Shown here: positions 1-8,691 of the stretch, in pieces
How the letters are laid out: each line of letters begins with the position of its first letter
How positions within the stretch are numbered: position 1 is the first letter of the stretch
Assembly (NCBI GenBank): GCA_029856435.1
Contig: JAHQXB010000023.1
Location: forward strand, 1 to 21,979
DNA length: 21,979 bases
Origin: Candidatus Jordarchaeia archaeon
GTDB lineage: Archaea > Asgardarchaeota > Jordiarchaeia > Jordiarchaeales > Jordiarchaeaceae
Reading direction: 5' to 3'
Program-made: the position numbers and the translations under genes
The notes under the pieces: generated by a model
Seen by the model: the letters and a program-made list of their open reading frames with translations, nothing else
What the model was told of the DNA's origin: nothing
The model's database searches: none

Positions 1-83
1 CCCCCGAACCAGCAGATGAGGAGATGGGCGTAAAGCCTACTCTAAACGCTGGAAGCCCCGTCCGTTAGGGCGAGGTGGTTCAC
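1..83 (+). mobile_element. Right end of an IS200/IS605-family (TnpB/IS1341-type) element, overlapping the 3' part of the presumptive omegaRNA; element continues off the left edge
   Basis: GAAGCCCCGTCCGTTAGGGCGAGGTGGTTCAC at 52-83: subterminal hairpin (55-63 pairs with 68-76, GTTA loop, one mismatch, two G-T) followed by TTCAC, the typical archaeal IS200/IS605 right-end arrangement. No tnpB coding sequence visible in the window. Confidence 0.75.
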
Positions 84-271
84 TGCAAACAATTTCTTTA
101 AATTCCTCTCTCCAATACTTGCTTCGGTAGGGTAGGAGGTTACGTGTGAAAGTTTGTGATATGAGATTACATTACTTTTTTCTGTGAATTTCTCTTTTAC
201 CCTATTTTTTCTTAGATAGGACAAATTTATGAATTATACCCGTACTTCTTCAACTATGTGAGGCATTTTCT

Positions 272-474
272 ATGCGATCTACTGTGAAGATTACAAGAAG
301 GGGGTCAAACCACATTCCCAAAAGTTTAGAGAAAAACTTGGAATTAAAGAAGGGGACGAGTTATTGGTAGAGTGTACCAAAGAAGGTTTACTTTTTAGAG
401 TTGTTCCCAAGCTCGAAGAAATGGTTGGCAAATACTCGAAATTTGGCGAGGCGGAGGAGATAAAAAAGAAATAG
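272..474 (+). pseudogene. AbrB/MazE/SpoVT-type antitoxin (VapB-like), frameshifted
   Basis: Manual translation: ATG at 272 gives MRSTVKITRRG; GQTT appears in a shifted frame; a third frame from 322 gives KFREKLGIKEGDELLVECTKEGLLFRVVPKLEEMVGKYSKFGEAEEIKKK*. Joined, this is the classic AbrB pattern (VKITRRGQTTIPK.FREKLGIKEGDEL). Confidence 0.75.
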
Positions 475-491
475 AAAAACAGAGAGAAACA

Positions 492-730
492 CTAAAGTAT
501 TATACAGCCGGTTTTTTGTTGAACATTTTTCGTTCGCCGGAGAAAAAAAGGCATAAAACAACGAAGACAAGCTCTCGCTCAAAATATTTAAACGGAATTG
601 CCTTAAATGTGCCCCATACTTATGGGAGACTGCATAATTTGTCGCCACAGCCATAATTGACCAAGCAAAGGTACTTTCCGATGACATCCACTTCGACCAG
701 ATAAAAGAAGTAAAACGCACATGGATTTGA
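492..730 (+). pseudogene. PIN-domain (VapC-like) toxin remnant; start approximate
   Basis: 622-639 reads MGDCII; after a 1-nt shift 641-730 reads VATAIIDQAKVLSDDIHFDQIKEVKRTWI*, a typical PIN C-terminus (D..I.ATA....L.SDD.HF..I). Directly follows the AbrB remnant; 5' half is eroded. Confidence 0.7.
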
Positions 731-805
731 GAACCTTAAGAGACAATGAATACTCTAAGAAAGGAAAATTGTTACGGTGTGCGAATTGCGGGTTTCCCAG
801 CTTTT

Positions 806-1729
806 TTATTTTATCATTATGGCTGAGAGGTATCCTACTATGGCGTCTGAGCTTCCTCTAATATCGTAGCTTGTTGCGTATTGGAGTTTTATTCCTTTTG
901 TGGCACCCAGTTCCTTCGCGGCTACTATGGCACTGGTTACGGGTGCTGCGCCACACATGGTGAGGTCTTTTGTTCGAACTAGGGTGAGTAGACCTTGGGC
1001 GTCTAGGGCTTCAATTTTACTAATTATTTCTCCATCAGTATCGTGAACCCACTTTATGATTTTCTCGATTGGTTTTGTTCCCGCGGGGGTGTAGCCGTAC
1101 ATTGCTCCGTAATGGGTTAAATCTGTACTGGCGATTATTATTGCGTTTGCTTTTTCTTCTTTGATTGCTGCGGCCACTCCTCTTCCGACTTCTTCGCAGG
1201 TTTCCCAATCGGACATTCCCAAAGCTATTGGGACTATTTTCAAATCCTTATACAGTTCTTGCAGGAATGGAAGTTGCACCTCGAGAGAATGTTCCTCACT
1301 GTGGGCACTGGCATCGTCCAGAATTATCGGGGCATTGCTTATTATTGCCTTAGCCAGTGCGGTGTCCACAGGGACTCTTCCTCCAGGCATTATCCAGTTG
1401 CCCTCAACCATGATTGAAGCGCCAGGATAACCCATATGGCTGGGGCCTACCAAAACAAATGATTCTGGTTTTCCATCGTCAGCAATAGCTTTGTAAAGGT
1501 GTGCTGCAACTGGTCCCGAATAGTAATAACCCGCGTGGGGAGAAACACACGCAATAATCCTCCTAGGGCCACTAGGGTTGACCTTGGGAAGACTCCTTGG
1601 TCCAAACTCGCTAAGATAACACTCCCTAATCATTTCACTAAGGGCTTGTTTATTTCCCGGATAAAATCCAATCGCAGCAGGACTTCTATCCCTCAAATCT
1701 TCAAACACTCCTTCCACTATTCTATGCAA
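806..1729 (-). CDS. MEMO1-family protein (AmmeMemoRadiSam system protein B); true start may be TTG at 1696
   Basis: GFYP near N-terminus, VSPHAGYYYSG, GPSH, EHSLEVQLPFLQ, ASTDLTHYG, TMCG, YATS..I.G....IVGY: all MEMO-family motifs. Confidence 0.93.
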   Translation of the reverse strand: MHRIVEGVFEDLRDRSPAAIGFYPGNKQALSEMIRECYLSEFGPRSLPKVNPSGPRRIIACVSPHAGYYYSGPVAAHLYKAIADDGKPESFVLVGPSHMGYPGASIMVEGNWIMPGGRVPVDTALAKAIISNAPIILDDASAHSEEHSLEVQLPFLQELYKDLKIVPIALGMSDWETCEEVGRGVAAAIKEEKANAIIIASTDLTHYGAMYGYTPAGTKPIEKIIKWVHDTDGEIISKIEALDAQGLLTLVRTKDLTMCGAAPVTSAIVAAKELGATKGIKLQYATSYDIRGSSDAIVGYLSAIMIK

Positions 1730-2138
1730 TATTTCAGATAAATTAACATTTTCTTCTAGGAAGTCCCCCCTGATATTTCTTCCTACTAAACATTAATAAT
1801 ATCCTTAATTTTCATGAAACCCAAGAAAAGTGTGGGCTATACATGTGTAGCAGATTACACTCTACAAGTCTTTTAAATTTGGAACCTTGAAATAAGCAAG
1901 ATTATCGCTAATCTAATCTTTAAATACACTCAATTTTCTGGGTAAAAGTTATTTTTTCTTTGATGCTAATTACTCCTCACTTTGATAATTTTTACATGTT
2001 GTTTTTTTGCTAGGAAAACTTTTTTTCGTTCCTGTGTATTAAAAGGGCAAACGTATAGGGTTTACCCTAATTATTTATAAGTGCTGATACGAATATTGAG
2101 GAGTAATTTTGACTCAACTTTTTGGGACGTGTTTTAGG

Positions 2139-3710
2139 ATGCAGGATAGAAGTTACGGTTTGGCGCTTTTAGTCTTTGGAATAATGGCTGCATTTGCGAT
2201 TTTCTGGAGTTGGCCCTTTGAAGTTGCTGAAATAGGCGGGGGGCCTTCTATCCTCATTTACCTCATATTACTCCTTGGATTGGGTATTCCTGTAATTCTG
2301 GTTGAACTAGTTCTTGGCTTTTGGTCTAAATCGGTTTTTCCCAAGTCATTGAAGATGATAAATTCTAAGCTTGAATTCTTCGGTTGGTTCGCTGTAGTAA
2401 ACGCCTTCTGGCTATTCGTTGAGCTGAGTGCTATTCTTAGCTGGTGTGCGGGTTTTGCCTATTACTCATTGACCAGTTTTTATCCCCTCACCAATTGGCT
2501 TAATCCTTTGCAGGGCAGCCTTGATTTTGTAAACTTTTTCTTTCTCTTTTCCTCCCCTCTCATCACTGTGGTGGGTTTAGCAATAATATGGGTTTCAATC
2601 TTTCTAATTCTTTTGAAAACTTCTTGGGCTTCGAGAGTGAGGAGAATAGCCTTTAAAATCCTTTTACCCACACTAGCCATTGTCTTGTTTGTTATTTTTG
2701 TGCTAACTGTATTCCTTCCGGGTGGAATAAATCCGGGCTTGAACTTTTATCTGGGTTTTAGTCCCGCAGTTTTTCTTGGCGGCTCGTCTTGGCGAACCCT
2801 GATTACTGTCATATTCTTTAATCTGGGAGCTGGGCTTGGCATTCTCAGCTTTTATTCTGGCAAAATTCCCGAGGGCAGTAAATACCTGACTTCCTACTCG
2901 ATTATTATCTCCCTTTCAGGCGCTGGATTGATTTTTCTTGGAGGTTTGGTATTCTTCACTATGAATGGGGGAAGCGGACTCATTAATTTGTTAGGTTCAA
3001 TTTTGCCCATTGGGATTCTCGGCTTTCCCGCCGTTCCCTTCTTAGGCTGGTCGGCGGGCTTCGCAGTTATGGAACGCGTGATGGGGCCTATAGTTAGCAA
3101 AGGTTTGGCCTTCCTCTTCTACACCCTCATTTTCATCGTTGGTGTTTTGGGGCTATCCTTAATCATAGAACCCATAAAGGAAACTTTGGAAACCAAGTTT
3201 AGCTTCAGTAAAAGAAAATTTTTAGCCTTCTTTGTAGCTGCAGGTTTTCTGGCCAGTACTCCATTCAGTTTGACCTCTATGTTTCCTTGGGGTTATTATC
3301 TGACTTCGCTTTCCTACTGGTGGGTGGTGGGATTCGGCCTAACCTCTGTCATTCTTGTAGAGTTGATGGCTGTGGGATGGGTTTGGGGAGCAGACAACGC
3401 CATAGGCTACATTAACAGTAGCTCCCAGCTAAAAGTTCCAAAATGGTTCAAATGGATTATTAAACTGGTGGCACCCAGCATATGCATAATTGCTTTAATT
3501 CTCGGAATATTTGACACTTTAAATGGTTACATCCTTTATTCATGGGGCTTACTCAATCCCTCCATCTCATTTTGGCAAATGTTTTCACCTTGGTACGAAG
3601 GTCTCAGCTTTGTGTTTCTGTTCCTAGCTCTCGTGTGGCTGGCCACCAGCTTGGCCACAGCCTTCATTTTAACTGGAGTTGAGGAGAAAAGTGGTGGAGA
3701 GAATGCTTGA
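2139..3710 (+). CDS. Neurotransmitter:sodium symporter (NSS/SNF, LeuT-fold) family membrane protein, strongly divergent at ion/substrate sites; start ATG 2139 or TTG 2109
   Basis: Many hydrophobic segments; GGGPSILIYLILLLGLGIPVILVELVLG matches the NSS TM2 signature (GGGAFxxPY...GIP...E..LG); FGW; IFFNLGAGLG (TM6-like); C-terminal PKWFKWIIKLVAP typical of prokaryotic NSS. Confidence 0.85.
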   Translation: MQDRSYGLALLVFGIMAAFAIFWSWPFEVAEIGGGPSILIYLILLLGLGIPVILVELVLGFWSKSVFPKSLKMINSKLEFFGWFAVVNAFWLFVELSAILSWCAGFAYYSLTSFYPLTNWLNPLQGSLDFVNFFFLFSSPLITVVGLAIIWVSIFLILLKTSWASRVRRIAFKILLPTLAIVLFVIFVLTVFLPGGINPGLNFYLGFSPAVFLGGSSWRTLITVIFFNLGAGLGILSFYSGKIPEGSKYLTSYSIIISLSGAGLIFLGGLVFFTMNGGSGLINLLGSILPIGILGFPAVPFLGWSAGFAVMERVMGPIVSKGLAFLFYTLIFIVGVLGLSLIIEPIKETLETKFSFSKRKFLAFFVAAGFLASTPFSLTSMFPWGYYLTSLSYWWVVGFGLTSVILVELMAVGWVWGADNAIGYINSSSQLKVPKWFKWIIKLVAPSICIIALILGIFDTLNGYILYSWGLLNPSISFWQMFSPWYEGLSFVFLFLALVWLATSLATAFILTGVEEKSGGENA

Positions 3711-3930
3711 AAACATTTTTTGGAGACTGGAAAAATACGGTTCTCTAGGTGTCTGGATATTAATCCTGTCTTTTGCCGTTCTGGGTTCTCTTTTAGCCGC
3801 CACATTAAAAATATTTGGTTACCTTCACCCCTTCACCATAATATCCATAGTCGTTATTGCGGCAGCGATTCCCGGAGTTATCTTAGCTGTTTTATATTTA
3901 GATTATCTCAAAGAAACGGAACACAAATAG
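3703..3930 (+). CDS. Small (75 aa) membrane protein with two hydrophobic segments, translationally coupled to the NSS gene; candidate small subunit
   Basis: ATG 3703 overlaps the NSS stop (ATGCTTGA), GGTGGAG just upstream; MLENIFWRLEKY-GSLGVWILILSFAVLGSLLAATL-KIFGYLHPF-TIISIVVIAAAIPGVILAVLYL-DYLKETEHK. Confidence 0.75.
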   Translation: MLENIFWRLEKYGSLGVWILILSFAVLGSLLAATLKIFGYLHPFTIISIVVIAAAIPGVILAVLYLDYLKETEHK

Positions 3931-3980
3931 AGTAAATGAGCTTCCCACTCTTCCCTTCGTTTGCCAAAAGAGTCTTTTAA

Positions 3981-5141
3981 TTATAGTGAGTGTAGAAACT
4001 CTTCTAGTCTTTTTATTGCTTCTTTTATATCTTCCAGCGAAGCCGCGTAGCTTATCCTGAGGTGTCCCTCACCATTGCTTCCGAAAATCCTGCCCGGAGT
4101 GAGGCACACGCCCTTGCTCTCCAATAATTTTTCTGCCACTTGAAAACTGTCTTTGGAATACTCTGAAATATTTGGAAAAACATAGAATGCCCCCCTAGGC
4201 ATGAGACACGATACTCCATCAATCTGATTTAGGGCCTTAACAATAACCTTCCTTCTCCTATCATATTCTTTTCTCATTTCTTCTACGCATTCCTGCGATC
4301 CTTTAAGGGCTTCCACAGCGGCCTTCTGCACAAAACTGGTGGCGCAAGTGGTTGAATTCTGTTGTATCTTGGACATGGCATCAACTATTTTTGGGTGTGC
4401 TACAGCGTATCCCAGTCTCCAACCAGTCATAGAATAGGTCTTCGAAAAGCCGTGAAAATACACGGCTTGGTCCCGAATTTCTGGGAAGCTTAAGATACTC
4501 GTGTTTCTGAATCCATCATAGGTTAACGCGTCATAAATCTCGTCCGAAAAAACGTATAAACCATTTTCTGCCACTATGTCCACGATTACCTTCATTTCTT
4601 CCCTTGTTAGTGCACCGCCAGTGGGGTTGTTGGGAGAATTTATGATTATTGCTTTGGTCTTATCTGTTATGGCTTCCTTGATTGCCTCCTCATTAATAGA
4701 GTAATCCTCCCCAAAAAACACCTCCTTGGGCACACCCTCAGCCATTTCTACAATGTCTTTGTAGCTGGGCCAAACTGGAACCGGAATCAAAACCTCATCA
4801 CCCGGATTTATAAGAGAAAAAGCAGCACAGAGAATAGCATGTTTCCCTCCCGGAGTTACCAAAACTTGGTTAGGGTTAATTTCGGCTCCAGTTCTTCTCT
4901 GAACATCCCAAGCTATTGCCTCACGCAGTTCCGTTATCCCCTTGCTACTTGTGTATTTCACAACCCCCTCATTCATTGCTTTTATAGCCGCCTCCTTAAT
5001 ATGCTGAGGAGTGTCAAAATCTGGTTCACCCACCTCCAAATGAATCACTCTCCTTCCTTTCTGCTCCAGCTCCTTGGCAATTTCCAGCATTCGAATAGTC
5101 CCTGAACCAGAAATCTTCTCCATACGCTTAGACAGCTTCAC
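3981..5141 (-). CDS. PLP-dependent aminotransferase class I/II (aspartate aminotransferase-like)
   Basis: GEPDFDTP, YTSSKG..ELR, INSPNNPTG, SDEIYD, FSKTYSMTGWRLGY (PLP lysine), GAFYVFP, LRISYA. Confidence 0.96.
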   Translation of the reverse strand: MKLSKRMEKISGSGTIRMLEIAKELEQKGRRVIHLEVGEPDFDTPQHIKEAAIKAMNEGVVKYTSSKGITELREAIAWDVQRRTGAEINPNQVLVTPGGKHAILCAAFSLINPGDEVLIPVPVWPSYKDIVEMAEGVPKEVFFGEDYSINEEAIKEAITDKTKAIIINSPNNPTGGALTREEMKVIVDIVAENGLYVFSDEIYDALTYDGFRNTSILSFPEIRDQAVYFHGFSKTYSMTGWRLGYAVAHPKIVDAMSKIQQNSTTCATSFVQKAAVEALKGSQECVEEMRKEYDRRRKVIVKALNQIDGVSCLMPRGAFYVFPNISEYSKDSFQVAEKLLESKGVCLTPGRIFGSNGEGHLRISYAASLEDIKEAIKRLEEFLHSL

Positions 5142-5279
5142 AGCAATTCCTCTCCTTCAAATTAAGGAATTACAACCATTTTTTAAACATTTTGCAAAAA
5201 ATTATTCCAAGAACTGTTCCTAAATATGACATACCAAAAAGGTTTACAAAAAAGAAAAATGGGTGAATATTTCCACTAA

Positions 5280-5606
5280 TTATTCAGTTGATACCAGAAC
5301 GTCGTTTCCTTCCAATTTGACCTTATAAGATTTTTCATCCTTGATCTTAGGGCTGAGAGGGAATTTGGGGCCCGAAACAACTTTACCACTGGTTACATCG
5401 AATGTTGCCTTGTGTCTGGGACAGGTGACCATGTTTCCAGATAATGAACCCTTAGAAAGATCTCCACCCATATGGGTGCACTTGTTCCCAATAGCGTAGT
5501 ATTTGCCGTCTAGGTTAACAATCAAAATTTCTTTTCCCTCAAGCTCAACCTTTTTCATCTTGCCAGAAGGAACCTCAGAAGCTTCTGCGACCTTTACAAA
5601 TCCCAA
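5280..5606 (-). CDS. Rieske [2Fe-2S] ferredoxin, about 108 aa from a likely TTG start at 5606
   Basis: CTHMGG ... CPRH (CxH/CxxH ligands), YAIGN, TFDVTSG..V.GP; the upstream extension in the ORF track (to 5696) is non-homologous AT-rich sequence. Confidence 0.92.
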   Translation of the reverse strand: MGFVKVAEASEVPSGKMKKVELEGKEILIVNLDGKYYAIGNKCTHMGGDLSKGSLSGNMVTCPRHKATFDVTSGKVVSGPKFPLSPKIKDEKSYKVKLEGNDVLVSTE

Positions 5607-6673
5607 AACATATACCCCACAAAAACAAATTCCTATAATAAACCATAAATAAAAAAAGAGTATATAAACAGATTGCCATTGGGAGAAACGTTCCACGTAT
5701 CCGATTCTCCAATCCTGAACTCTACAAATGAAAAAGAATCATTTAAAGCAGCTCAGAATGCTTTTTTGTGGAGGCGTTTTTGTTCGTTCTCAGATAGTTC
5801 GTATTGTAAAAACTGGAGTGCTCACACCTTTTTGGGTTGCCCTGACTTCCTAAGAAAAGAAGAAGGAGGGTTAGAGATTTTTTACGTAGACTTTCCCCTC
5901 TTTCATCACCATCTTTATACAGCCCTTTTCCTGGAGTACCCTAATGTTATCCAAAGGGTTACCCCCTATCACAACTAGATCCACGAATTTGCCCGGCTCT
6001 ATTGTACCTGCCCTATCTCCAACCCCTATACATTCTGCCGCTGTTTTGATTGCAGTAACAAATGCTCTCCATCGCCGTCAACCCTCTAGTTGCCATAAAC
6101 TCCAACTCCTTATGTTGAACCTCACCATGAACGCTGCCAAAGGGCAAGCCAGAATCTATTCCCAAAGCTATCTTAACCCCGCCTTTTTGGCCATCTTAAG
6201 TGTTTTTCATGAGCAATTACCGTCCTACTGGCCACATCCTTAATAACTTGGGACATGTAGGGAGCAGTAAGAGGTTGGCAAGCCACCATAGTGAAAACAA
6301 GTTATGTTCCCCCCTCACTCATCATTTTAATGAACTCCTCATCACTAAATATTCCATGCTCACTACTTCTGACACCCTCCTCCACACATACCTTTATGGC
6401 CTCTGGAGGGCCTACCGCATGGGATGCGCCAAACCTTCCCGCTTTTTTCGCCTCCTTTACTATGGCCTTTATCCCCTCATCAGAATACTCCCAAATTAAG
6501 GCCCGTTGAGTGGTTTCCATAACCCCCCTGTGGCCCACATCCTTATCTGATCCGCGCCAACCCTTATTTGTTCACGCACAACCCTTATCCACCCTTCCAC
6601 GCCATCAGCTGTGGGTCGTTGCTTTTGAGTATACTCCAAGGGCAAGTCAAATACAAGCGATCTAACGTTTTTC

Positions 6674-6890
6674 GGGCATAAAAATTTAGTGCACTTTGGG
6701 ATTTAGGCCTTTTTTTGAGGGACAATTCCCCTAGGGAAAGGAGCTTCCGGTTCCCCATGGAAATAAGCCTCATTAAGGCTCCCTTCTGGAAAAAGAAGGA
6801 ACAACAAAGGAAAGAGAAACACAAAGGAAACCGGGCTCCAAAAAACAAAACCAACCAGCAAGCAACTTACAATAAAAACTTTTTACGCCC
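6674..6890. mobile_element. 217-bp MITE inserted in the amidohydrolase gene
   Basis: Perfect 8-bp direct repeat CGTTTTTC at 6666-6673 and 6891-6898; terminal inverted repeats GGGCATAAAAATTT vs GGGCGTAAAAAGTT (12/14). Removing element plus one repeat restores GGHMNVLKN-VRSLVFDLPLEY in frame. No transposase inside. Confidence 0.88.
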
Positions 6891-7179
6891 CGTTTTTCAA
6901 AACATTCATGTGCCCGCCTGTTATTGTGAGGGCTGCGTCGCTGCCAAAAATTCTGGGTCAAACACTGTTGCCGCGTTTAATTGCATCTCTAACTGCTAGA
7001 TCAACGTGTCCAGTGGAGCTCATATCCCTTATGGTTGTTATGCCGGCTTCAACTTCTTAGCTGCCACAACAGCCCAAAGTAGTCCAATCGGCTTGAGAGT
7101 ATTCCAGAGCCGTTCTGACCCAGTGTTAACCTTGCGTAACTTGTCTTCCTCAAGTTTCATGGGGAGGTTTTCTCCCGGG

Positions 7180-7445
7180 GAACGGTTGAAGCAGGCACAT
7201 CTCTCTTGCTTTCGGTGGGATGATGTTCCCAGTTGTGAACCTACTCTCTTTTTGGGCTTTTTCGAACTTCAACTCCGCATTCTGGGCTGGGCTGGAATCG
7301 GCTGCACGACACATGTTATGTGTGTGGTTGTTTTTAAGGAATGATGGATTTAATGGTTTTTCTTTATCGTTAACTGTTGGAAGTTAACAAACTTTCTAAA
7401 TAGCAGTTTTAACACCCCAAAAACCTGTAGTGGCGAAGGGTGTCA
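7180..7445. other. Probable second insertion (about 266 bp) in the amidohydrolase gene, no clear TIRs
   Basis: CCGGG at 7175-7179 and 7446-7450; deleting 271 bp joins HTHISFP to GENLPMKLEED...WAVVAAKKL, placing AGITT about 45 residues after the HxH motif. Interior is non-homologous, AT-rich, with inverted repeat GTTAACT-N6-AGTTAAC (7369-7388). Confidence 0.4.
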
Positions 7446-7956
7446 CCGGGAACGAGATATGTGTGTGGCAATCGATGATGCCGGGCATCACCACCCGTCC
7501 ACTTGCATCTATTACCTTGGCGTTGCTTGGAATCTTAATCTGGCCTACCTGACCTACTTCAATTATCTTTGAACCTTCGATTATAACCAGCGAGTTCCTA
7601 ATAGGTTCGTTTCCCGTGCTGTCTATGAGTGTCCCACCTTTAATAGCCTTAACATTACTTGTCTTTGGTTTTTCTGTACCCATAGGTCACGAAGGTGGTT
7701 TTCTTCAAACTGTTTAATAAGCGTTTTTAACGCCTACCATAAATCCAAATAGTGTCGGCAAACTATCGCCTACAGGTTAAATATAAAATTAACATATGCG
7801 TTAAGTTTCTAGAAGAATTGACTGTAGATCGAGATCATCTTCTAAGAGCTTTCCTTTAGTTTTTGATTTCATCTTATTTTTTGGTTCCTTCTCCAAAAGT
7901 TTAAAAAAAGGCAATCTTAAATCGTTTTTATCAAGATGGGCTGTTGTGTGGGTTTT

Positions 7957-8445
7957 ATGATTAAATTGGTAATTTTTGATGCTGACGACACCCTTTGGAC
8001 GATTGACAGAGGATTTGCAAGCCTTCTTAAGCCCCCATTGAAGAGGACGGGATTAAATTCACTTGAGGATGCTGAGGGTAAAAAGTTGCGGCTTTTTGAG
8101 GGGGTAAGAGAGTTGCTAAACTTCTTAAAGGAGAAGGGTATACTTCTTTCCATTGCCAGTTCAAACCAGTATAACCCGAATATGGTTGAAGAGTGTCTGA
8201 AAACGCTGGAACTGGACTTTTTTATCTATCCTCAAGTGAATTATAGGGATAAGGGCGAGAACGTCAAAAACCTCTTAAAAACCATTTATGAGAACCATGG
8301 AGAAAGAATCAATTACGAAGAAATTATTTTTGTGGATGACAGCGAAGCACACATTTTTAATGTGAAAAATCTCTGCCCCGGAATTAAAGTTCTACATTTA
8401 GGTTCAGACATCTCAAATGTTACCGAAATTAAAAATTACCTTTAA
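7957..8445 (+). CDS. Magnesium-dependent phosphatase-1 family (HAD subfamily IIIC), copy 1
   Basis: MIKLVIFDADDTLW (motif I DxD), RLFEGVRELL..LK, SIASSN (II), K of KGEN (III), IIFVDD (IV). Confidence 0.88.
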   Translation: MIKLVIFDADDTLWTIDRGFASLLKPPLKRTGLNSLEDAEGKKLRLFEGVRELLNFLKEKGILLSIASSNQYNPNMVEECLKTLELDFFIYPQVNYRDKGENVKNLLKTIYENHGERINYEEIIFVDDSEAHIFNVKNLCPGIKVLHLGSDISNVTEIKNYL

Positions 8446-8691
8446 GGATTAAAAGAAAAAATGAATAATTCTTATACTTTTAGCCTTGTTTTTACTTTTT
8501 AATTTGTATATTCTGATATCAAAATGGTCAAAAAGGGTTTGTGCGAAGTTCTGCGGTTTAGTGGCTTTATTATGTATATTTCTTAAAAAAAATTTAATTT
8601 ATGCCTATTTTTTCATATATTTTTGCGATTTTCACAATCCAAATAGCAAAGTTTAAAATATTAATTTGGCGCCATATTGATAGTGGTGAAA

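Larger units (their letters stand above)
5871..7683 (-). pseudogene. Metal-dependent amidohydrolase (Xaa-Pro dipeptidase/imidazolonepropionase-like) pseudogene
   Basis: Collinear fragments on minus strand: AIKGGTLIDSTG...VMPGIIDCHTH; EAGITTIRDMSSTG..DLAVRDAIKRG..*PRIFGSDAALTITGGH; ADGVEG..RVVREQIRVGADQIRMWATGG; ASHAVG....V..SEHG; IALGIDSG; GTIEPGKFVDLVVIGGNPLDNIRVL....MVMKEGKVY..* (stop 5871-5873). Several frameshifts, a TGA at 6958-6960, and insertions. Confidence 0.9.

Noticed and set aside
42-224. 60-aa minus-strand ORF running into the IS end (…IGERNLKKLFAV…)
   Set aside because: Crosses the IS right end; no recognisable family; could be an interrupted host gene but unsupported.
388-720. 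110-aa minus-strand ORF
   Set aside because: Antisense shadow of the decayed AbrB/PIN pair.
806-1729. Complete AmmeMemoRadiSam system (MEMO1 with the radical SAM at 20679)
   Set aside because: The radical SAM is 19 kb away and is SPASM-type; no AMMECR1 gene is in the window.
5673-6999. Several short plus-strand ORFs over the amidohydrolase and MITE
   Set aside because: Antisense to recognisable amidohydrolase fragments; the 6715-6999 ORF shows no transposase motif.
7175-7450. Bulge-helix-bulge intron at the CCGG junctions
   Set aside because: The pairing is just the self-complementary CCGG extended to a plain helix; no 3-nt bulges with flanking stems, and the gene has other lesions.
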